Source of the DNA: Dehalococcoidia bacterium | Lineage (GTDB): Bacteria; Chloroflexota; Dehalococcoidia; GIF9; AB-539-J10 | Assembly (NCBI GenBank): GCA_034431195.1 | Contig: DAOUDP010000016.1 | Location: 1,839 to 65,838, forward strand | DNA: 64,000 bases | Direction: 5' to 3' | Shown: piece by piece, positions 58,245 through 64,000 of the stretch | Layout of the letters: every line of letters begins with the position of its first letter | Numbering within the stretch: the first letter of the stretch is position 1 | The notes under the pieces: model-generated | Database searches by the model: none | The model's input: only the letters and a program-made list of their open reading frames with translations | What the model was told of the DNA's origin: nothing | Position numbers and translations under genes: made by a program

Positions 58245-59246
58245 ATGGCTGAAAATAAAGGTATCTTAGTTTTCGCAGAAATAGCGGAAGGCGAATTCCC
58301 TTCTATCACCACTGAACTGCTGGGATGTGGTAGGAAACTTGCTGACGAATTAAAGGAAGATTTATCCTGTTTACTGGCCAGCGATGCGGTTGGTGACCTC
58401 TCCAAGGCGGCAATTGCTTTTGGAGCGGACAAAGTTTATACCGTAGAAGACTCAACGTTAAAGCGATACGAAGCAGACTGTTATATACAGGTTGCTGACC
58501 AGGTTATCGGACAGGTTTCACCTCGTGCTATCCTGCTGGGTAACACGCCCATGGGTGCCGACCTGGCTCCTCGGCTTGCTTTTAGACTTCAGGTTGGCTT
58601 GTCCACAGATTGCCTTGAGTTGAGCATAGACCCGGGGACAAAACAGCTTACGCAGACGAGTTCGGTGTATGGAGGCAATGCCCAGGCGATATTTACATCT
58701 GAGGCGCTGCCCCAGATAGCTACTATTAGAGTGAAGGCGATGTCACCCATAGAGCGTGATGAGTCCCGAAAAGGGGAGGTCATTCCTGCTAAGGTCACCG
58801 TGGATACGTCTAAGGTGAAGACGAAGGTGGTGGAGACTATAAAGGAGGAAGTAACTGGCGTCAAGATTGAGGATGCCCCGGCGATAGTCTGTGGAGGTAG
58901 AGGTTGTGGTGGACCTGAACCCTACGATTCTACCTTGAAAGAGCTTGCCGCTGTGCTCAAGGGCGCAGTAGGGGCTTCCCGACCGCCATGTGATAATGGA
59001 TGGGTGCCTGAGGCGATGCATATCGGTCTCACTGGTAAAATTGTCGCTCCCGATATTTATTTTGCTATCGCGATATCAGGAGCCAGCCAGCATATGTCTG
59101 GTTGCAGTGGCTCGAAGACCATCATCGCCATTAACAAGGATCCTGAGGCGAACATATTCAAGCAAGCTCACTTTGGAGTGGTGGGCAAATTTGAAGATGT
59201 TGTGCCTGCCCTTACTGCTAAGCTGAAGGAATTGCTGGCTGGGTAA
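58245..59246 (+). CDS. etfA: electron transfer flavoprotein alpha subunit
   Basis: 333 aa; FAD-binding C-terminal domain with …[25 protein letters not shown]. Confidence 0.85.
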   Translation: MAENKGILVFAEIAEGEFPSITTELLGCGRKLADELKEDLSCLLASDAVGDLSKAAIAFGADKVYTVEDSTLKRYEADCYIQVADQVIGQVSPRAILLGNTPMGADLAPRLAFRLQVGLSTDCLELSIDPGTKQLTQTSSVYGGNAQAIFTSEALPQIATIRVKAMSPIERDESRKGEVIPAKVTVDTSKVKTKVVETIKEEVTGVKIEDAPAIVCGGRGCGGPEPYDSTLKELAAVLKGAVGASRPPCDNGWVPEAMHIGLTGKIVAPDIYFAIAISGASQHMSGCSGSKTIIAINKDPEANIFKQAHFGVVGKFEDVVPALTAKLKELLAG

Positions 59247-59260
59247 ATAGACCTCCTTTC

Positions 59261-59415
59261 CTGTCATTGCCAGGCATACCCCCTTTTTGTCATTGCGAGG
59301 CATACCCCCTTTTGTCATTGCGAGGAGTGTTAGCGACGAAGCAATCTCTGGGAAGGGGCGAGATTGCCAGTCCTTCGTTTCATGTCATTCTGAGCGTAGC
59401 GAAGAATCTCCTCGT
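59261..59415 (+). repeat. cluster of three tgtcattgc(g/c)agg copies plus agcgacgaagcaatctc and a degenerate gtcattctgagcgtagcgaagaatctc copy (hairpin repeat family)
   Basis: Direct reading; same family as 24901-24965 and the other copies. Lies between the convergent etfA and dockerin-like genes, so likely terminator-like. Confidence 0.65.
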
Positions 59416-59507
59416 GCTTAGATAAGTTCCACTAGGCAATCTTGGCCTCCAGCACTTTGTTCGGGGTGACATAAGGCAAGGTGAAGGTCTTCGTTAGATC
59501 CTAATTA

Positions 59508-60830
59508 TCAAACTAAGTCTCCATGTTGATCCCAGTTAGCATACATTAGTGACCTGTCCTCAAGAGTAATCCATCCATCGCGATTGAAGTCACAATGAGG
59601 ATTCCAATTAGGGTCACCTTCGTGGGAGTCCCAGGCTGCATAGAGCAGAGACCTGTCTTCAAGGGTAACCCAATCATCGTTATTGGCATCGCCCTCACGA
59701 GTGGTGCCAAAGTCAACCATCGCCTCACCACGCAAGTCCACCCCAGTCTCCAGCTCGCTGAGACATGTCCAGTTCTTAATTCCGATGTCATAGGTGCCAG
59801 GAGTAAGGTCAGTAATGTTGAAAACCCCGGTCTCGTTGGTGGTGGCAGTCCCTTCCCACAGCACGTTGTCGAGATTACCGGGCTCGAATAACTTCACCTC
59901 AAAGGGCTCTATCCACCTATCATCGGGAGGGTCACCCCGTCCTGCGAAACTAACGACTCCCTTCAAGATACCAGCGTGGTAAGGTTTGAACACCGTGTCG
60001 CTCACGACTCCGCTCCCACTCCATAGTTGCGAGTCGTCTAGGATAGTTGTGCCGGTATATTTCCAGCACACCCAGTCATCGAAGGAATACGCTTTGTTCA
60101 CGCCGTCATAGGTTGAAGTACCAACTCTCCATCCTTGGTATGTCCAGGTTATGTAAGCAGTGTCCATGTGGCACACCCGCCCCTCAGCATAACGCCAATC
60201 AGTACCATCGTAATAACAAGCATGGGCGTTTAGTTCTTGCCAGTTTGTTGTCGTAATGGCTTGTTGACTCTCCACTCCAAATTGAAAATGCTTATACCAA
60301 TTACCACCATGTGACTGCCTCCCAACCAGGAAATTGCTGTCGCTGGTTGGGTGATTCCACAAATAGACATCGGTTGGCTCGTCGTTGTTATAAGCGGTGG
60401 AATCCTGATATACATAAAGAGTGTAGATTACCTTGCCGTAGGCAATATCCATCCTTTCGTAGTAAAAGAGGTAGTAGCCTCTGCCAACATCCCGAATAGG
60501 TCCAGCATATTTCTGGCTGTTTTCATGCCATCCCTGAGGTTGCCATTTTACATAATTGTTCCTCATCAGACCCACAACATTCTGGTATGTCCATCCTGAG
60601 GGTGAAAGTCCACTGCCACCGGCTACGCTCGAAACGCCCATCAAATGTGTGAAATATGGAATCTGGTCAGCCTGCGTCCCGGCATAATTAACAGTGACCA
60701 ACACTCTGTCTGTAATATTAGCGTTTTCCTTCAGATATCCACCCATGTAAGGTCCCGCTTCGACTTGCACAGGGACCAGGACGAGAAGGAAAGCCAGGAC
60801 GATTAGAGTGGCAAGGATTCCCTTAGTCAC
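59508..60830 (-). CDS. secreted protein with Trp/Tyr-rich N-domain, CarD/prealbumin-like beta-sandwich and C-terminal dockerin-like EF-hand pair
   Basis: Signal peptide MTKGILATLIVLAFLLVLVPVQVEA; duplicated Ca-loop segments DANNDDWVTLEDRSLLYAAW and DFNRDGWITLEDRSLMYANW. GTG start overlaps the upstream gene stop. Confidence 0.5.
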   Translation of the reverse strand: MTKGILATLIVLAFLLVLVPVQVEAGPYMGGYLKENANITDRVLVTVNYAGTQADQIPYFTHLMGVSSVAGGSGLSPSGWTYQNVVGLMRNNYVKWQPQGWHENSQKYAGPIRDVGRGYYLFYYERMDIAYGKVIYTLYVYQDSTAYNNDEPTDVYLWNHPTSDSNFLVGRQSHGGNWYKHFQFGVESQQAITTTNWQELNAHACYYDGTDWRYAEGRVCHMDTAYITWTYQGWRVGTSTYDGVNKAYSFDDWVCWKYTGTTILDDSQLWSGSGVVSDTVFKPYHAGILKGVVSFAGRGDPPDDRWIEPFEVKLFEPGNLDNVLWEGTATTNETGVFNITDLTPGTYDIGIKNWTCLSELETGVDLRGEAMVDFGTTREGDANNDDWVTLEDRSLLYAAWDSHEGDPNWNPHCDFNRDGWITLEDRSLMYANWDQHGDLV

Positions 60831-61440
60831 GAGTCTTCACCACTATATATCCCTCAGGACCTCCCCAAACCCTTTCACCCATTAAAATTCCCTCATTGGG
60901 ACCTAAAGAAATCGTCTGGACCCCGGGAGGAAAATCCTCGGGCACGTGAATGACCAGCGTGATGGGCAGAATTTCATTCGCCTTTATTTCCACCGTTCCA
61001 TTGGGAATATAGCTTATGAGGTCATTGACGCAAAAATAGCCATCCCTGCCACTGTAATGTTCGAGATGAATGGCATTCGTCGGGTCGTGCGGGGCTATTT
61101 TTATGTTTGCTTGTGTAAAATTAGGGAGAAAGGAAATTAAGTGGACCAAGACAGTTATGTTCACATCCTCGCCTCTGTCAGCATAGATGACTTCAGGAGT
61201 ATCCTCACTTACGTTAATGAAAACGTATCCATAGTAGCCCCACTTCAGACTATATTCAGCGTCAGGCACCGGCATTATAGCACCTATGCCCCCATCCCCT
61301 TCGGGCTCACTCTCATTTGCATTAGGTGCTGAGGCAGGCCCACTTCCCCCTCCTGTCAGCCCTGTCTGGCTGCACGAGAGGGGAACAACCGCCAGAGCAA
61401 GCAGCAGGACCATTATTCCTAACATCAAATTCCTTCTCAT
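60823..61440 (-). CDS. secreted/lipoprotein of unknown function (paralogue of 63522-64000)
   Basis: 205 aa; signal peptide MRRNLMLGIMVLLLALAVVPLSCS; shares …ISYIPNGTVEIKANEILPITLVIHVPEDFPPG with the paralogue. Confidence 0.4.
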   Translation of the reverse strand: MRRNLMLGIMVLLLALAVVPLSCSQTGLTGGGSGPASAPNANESEPEGDGGIGAIMPVPDAEYSLKWGYYGYVFINVSEDTPEVIYADRGEDVNITVLVHLISFLPNFTQANIKIAPHDPTNAIHLEHYSGRDGYFCVNDLISYIPNGTVEIKANEILPITLVIHVPEDFPPGVQTISLGPNEGILMGERVWGGPEGYIVVKTRD

Positions 61441-61473
61441 CGCCCTTTTCCTCCTGTTAGGTCAATTTTACCA

Positions 61474-61700
61474 CCTGGGGGGCGGTTTGTAAATCTTATG
61501 CGACCTCCACTTGCGCTATCTCTTTAGCCAGCTCCATATCGCTTTCAGCGGAGGCATTGCCAGCAAGAGCAGGACTTATTGGCAGCAGAAGCATGGCTAA
61601 TACGATGCCTAGAACCAATTTCACATTCTTTCTTTTCATTGCTTCCGTCCTAACTTAAAACCGGCTTACTCAGGATAAACCTGCACGCCTTCGTCACCCC
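61474..61700 (+). repeat. ~227-bp direct repeat, copy 1 (second copy 63110-63335): 3' end of blade-repeat gene + small-peptide ORF
   Basis: About 90 % identity by eye over the whole length. Confidence 0.7.
61496..61639 (-). CDS. small secreted peptide ORF (47 aa: signal peptide + 21-aa acidic tail)
   Basis: Manual ORF MKRKNVKLVLGIVLAMLLLPISPALAGNASAESDMELAKEIAQVEVA. N-terminus resembles the signal peptide of the adjacent lipoprotein, so it may be a gene remnant. Confidence 0.3.
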   Translation of the reverse strand: MKRKNVKLVLGIVLAMLLLPISPALAGNASAESDMELAKEIAQVEVA

Positions 61701-62985
61701 ACAGCACCTTGCCCTGGGAGTCTATCCTTTGAGCGTAGAGCGTATCCCGATAACAAACGTACTTGCCTGTCTCTGTAACGAGGATAGCACCGCCGGAACT
61801 ATCGCTTACCACCGAGTACACAAACTCGGGAAAATCAGCCTGCCGCCCAGTGAATAGCTGCACTCCTCCCTCTCCCCACATTGGCTCACCATCAGGATTA
61901 ATCCTTTGGGCGCGAGGTGATGGTCCATACTCTTTAGGAGGTCTCCCAGCAACGATAGCTCCGCCGGAACCATCATCAGTAATGCTACGCATGTCAATAG
62001 AAAGATTCATCGGCTCTGCCCATTGAAGCTCCCCTTCTGAATTCACCCTCTGCGCCTGTCGGTACCAGACTACGATGGCTCCTCCAGCGTTATCTGGTGT
62101 TATCGCAACGCTGGGAGAAGGGGCTGTTATGGGTAAGGCACCGAGTTGTATTCCTTCTTTTTCCCACAGGAGTTTCCCATCAGGGCTTAATCTCTGAACG
62201 CAAGCTTGAGGATAGTCAAAACGTGGCCCTAGCCAGGCTACAATGGCGCCATCGGAGCCATCGCTCACAATCTGAGGAGTGGTCTGAGCATGCTGTGGAG
62301 CGCATACCGGAATGCCACCCTCCGGCCACAAAATTTCACCCTCCGGGCTTATTCTCTGAGCGTAGATGTCATACTGCCCACTAGCAGCACGATTATCTGG
62401 CCAGACTACGATAGCACCACCTGAGCCGTCAGCTAATATACGAGGCTTATTATCACTACCAGGTGTCAGTGTAGTGCATATTGTAATTCCCTCCTTCGAC
62501 CACATCACCTTACCTTCATGGTCTATCCTTTGCATCTTGCCTCCTGAGGCTATGATGACCCCTCCATAGCCATCGGGCACCATATCACATACGCAACCAA
62601 CCCCGGACACTGGTTTTCCTCCTTGCCCCCAGAGGAATTCGCCCTCGGAATTAATTCTTTGAGCACAAACGCCTCTCTCAGCTTCGCCCCAGACAACGAT
62701 AGCACCGCCGGAGCCATCCCTAATCACATGAAGCGGGCACCACAGCCGAGTAGTGTTCAGTACCAACCCTTCTCCCCAGCGGAGATTGCCTTCAGAGTCT
62801 ATTCGCTGGGCGTATGCTACATTTTCATCTTCCCAGCTAACGAAGACGCCTCCTGAGCCATCGGGAGTGACATCATGGTAGAGACATTTGTAACGAGGGG
62901 GCCATTCAATGTCAATACAGCCACTGAACAATACTGCTACAGCTGTCATCAAAGCTAAGGCCATCAATGCCCATTTCTTGCTCAT
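61666..62985 (-). CDS. lipoprotein with eight tandem ~48-aa repeats (putative beta-propeller)
   Basis: Lipobox LFSGC; repeats of the form DGSGGAIVVW…YAQRI..EGE.LW.EGG. Confidence 0.5.
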   Translation of the reverse strand: MSKKWALMALALMTAVAVLFSGCIDIEWPPRYKCLYHDVTPDGSGGVFVSWEDENVAYAQRIDSEGNLRWGEGLVLNTTRLWCPLHVIRDGSGGAIVVWGEAERGVCAQRINSEGEFLWGQGGKPVSGVGCVCDMVPDGYGGVIIASGGKMQRIDHEGKVMWSKEGITICTTLTPGSDNKPRILADGSGGAIVVWPDNRAASGQYDIYAQRISPEGEILWPEGGIPVCAPQHAQTTPQIVSDGSDGAIVAWLGPRFDYPQACVQRLSPDGKLLWEKEGIQLGALPITAPSPSVAITPDNAGGAIVVWYRQAQRVNSEGELQWAEPMNLSIDMRSITDDGSGGAIVAGRPPKEYGPSPRAQRINPDGEPMWGEGGVQLFTGRQADFPEFVYSVVSDSSGGAILVTETGKYVCYRDTLYAQRIDSQGKVLWGDEGVQVYPE

Positions 62986-63109
62986 TTTTTTCTCACCTCC
63001 ATCTCGCTGTCCGATAATGCAGCAATCGATAAAAGCAATAAAATCATGATTCCTAATGTGAATTCCCCCTTCATTGCACCTTCCGGTTCTTTCAAAGCAA
63101 CTTTATCCT

Positions 63110-63335
63110 CCTGGGGGGCGGTTTGTCAATCTTATGCGACCTCCACTTGTGATATCTCTTTAGCCAGCTCGATATCGCTTTCAGCGGAGGCATCTCCAGC
63201 AAGAGCAGGACTTATTGGCAGCAGAAGCACGGCTAATACGATGCCTAAAATTGCTACGCTTTTCCTTTTCACTGTTGCCCCCCTAACTTAAAACCGGCTT
63301 ACTCAGGATAAACCTGCACGCCTTCGTCACCCCCC
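63110..63335 (+). repeat. ~227-bp direct repeat, copy 2
   Basis: Matches 61474-61700. Confidence 0.7.
63132..63272 (-). CDS. small secreted peptide ORF, copy 2 (GTG start)
   Basis: (V)KRKSVAILGIVLAVLLLPISPALAGDASAESDIELAKEISQVEVA; the start codon is ATG in copy 1 and GTG here. Confidence 0.25.
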   Translation of the reverse strand: MKRKSVAILGIVLAVLLLPISPALAGDASAESDIELAKEISQVEVA

Positions 63336-63529
63336 AGCCACCTGCCACTGGGAATTTGGCTAGCTTGTGTCTCTTGATAGTTGACATCAAACAACACCAT
63401 GTTTGAGGTCACAACACTGCGTTTTAGATATCCACCCATGTAGGGCTGCTCTGCGTTGGCCTGCAATGGAGCAAGAACGAGTAGCGCAGCTATGATGAGT
63501 GCAAAGGCAAGGACTCTCTTCTTAATCAG
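63299..63529 (-). pseudogene. chimeric remnant: signal-peptide/N-terminus of a dockerin-protein paralogue fused to the last 11 codons of the blade-repeat gene
   Basis: Frame gives (FL)IKKRVLAFALIIAALLVLAPLQANAEQPYMGGYLKRSVVTSNMVLFDVNYQETQASQIPSGRWLGGDEGVQVYPE*. The GTG start of the intact paralogue is CTG here. Confidence 0.45.
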
Positions 63530-64000
63530 GAATCATCACCTCCAATTTGCTTATCTCACTAAGCACAGGAACATCTGTCGTAATTCCCACAGCACCTAGC
63601 CGAAAAGATGATGGCATAATCCCTTCAGGGAGATCAGCAGGCACACGGATAGCCATCGTAAGGGGTAAGGTTTGATTTGCCTCCATCGTGATGGTTCCAT
63701 TCGGGCTATAGCTCATAAGCTCATTGATGTTAATAACGCCTCTTTCAATGATATCGCCCTCAGCATCCTCAATAACGTAGTACTGCTCAATCTTACAATC
63801 ACTATCCTCGGGGTCTATATTTACCTCTACCTCAGTGAGCTCAGGAACATGGGAAACGAAATGGAGGAGGATAGTTATGGTTGCCGCTTCACCTCTCTTA
63901 ACATATAGTACCTCTGGAGACTCAGCGGATAAGTTGATGTCCAAATATCCACGGATGCCGTATTTCTGGGCAACTTCAGGGTCACGTATTTCCACATGTG
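63522..64000 (-). CDS. secreted/lipoprotein of unknown function, paralogue of 60823-61440; 5' end beyond window
   Basis: …MSYSPNGTITMEANQTLPLTMAIRVPADLPEG… is similar to the 60823 product. The track ATG at 63995 is probably internal. Confidence 0.4.
   Translation of the reverse strand, partial: HVEIRDPEVAQKYGIRGYLDINLSAESPEVLYVKRGEAATITILLHFVSHVPELTEVEVNIDPEDSDCKIEQYYVIEDAEGDIIERGVININELMSYSPNGTITMEANQTLPLTMAIRVPADLPEGIMPSSFRLGAVGITTDVPVLSEISKLEVMIPD

Noticed and set aside
63046-63291. 81-aa plus-strand track ORF overlapping the 227-bp repeat
   Set aside because: It lies antisense to the small-peptide ORF and the gene-tail fragment. It shows no copy-to-copy conservation of the frame.
61474-63335. 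Diversity-generating retroelement (TR/VR) explanation for the 227-bp repeat at a gene 3' end
   Set aside because: No reverse transcriptase nearby, and the differences between copies are not adenine-specific.

Overview
This 64-kb window looks like a Chloroflexi/Dehalococcoidia-type chromosome segment of about 47-50 % GC. Most of it is housekeeping. Recognisable genes include rubrerythrin, a TusA-DsrE-NifS-NifU(IscU)-DUF59 Fe-S/sulfur-relay cluster, apgM-lysC, yceD-rpmF-fabD-nusB-acpP, trxB-rplI-dnaB with DnaD/DnaC-like loaders, holB-ricT-lysA and groES-groEL with a CIRCE operator. There is also a membrane pyrophosphatase, a DtxR-family regulator with feoAB, and an acyl-CoA dehydrogenase/ADC-like/SCP2/etfBA module. 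Several accessory features sit between these. (1) A roughly 7.3-kb island-like segment (about 7183-14830) is bounded by direct repeats that duplicate the 3' end of a PPC/DUF296 gene. It carries a bacterial eRF1/Vms1-like (baeRF1) release-factor homologue with a GGRSQ-KRFARR catalytic loop, plus a methyltransferase, a DAHP synthase and a MacB-type ABC exporter. Mosaic short repeat modules and an activase pseudogene fragment lie at its edges. (2) An uncharacterised DUF2229 x2 + BadF/BadG/BcrA/BcrD activase cluster sits downstream of an M20D amidohydrolase. (3) A recombining array of paralogous cell-surface genes includes a dockerin-like protein, a DUF lipoprotein, an 8-blade repeat lipoprotein and small secreted-peptide ORFs. 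It contains a 230-bp direct repeat and a chimeric gene remnant. (4) Matching GTTAGAC-N4-CTAAC operators lie in front of the DtxR-family gene and feoA. (5) A widespread hairpin repeat of the kind that yields spurious 'LRFARND' ORFs occurs at several intergenic sites. No CRISPR array, integrase or transposase was seen.
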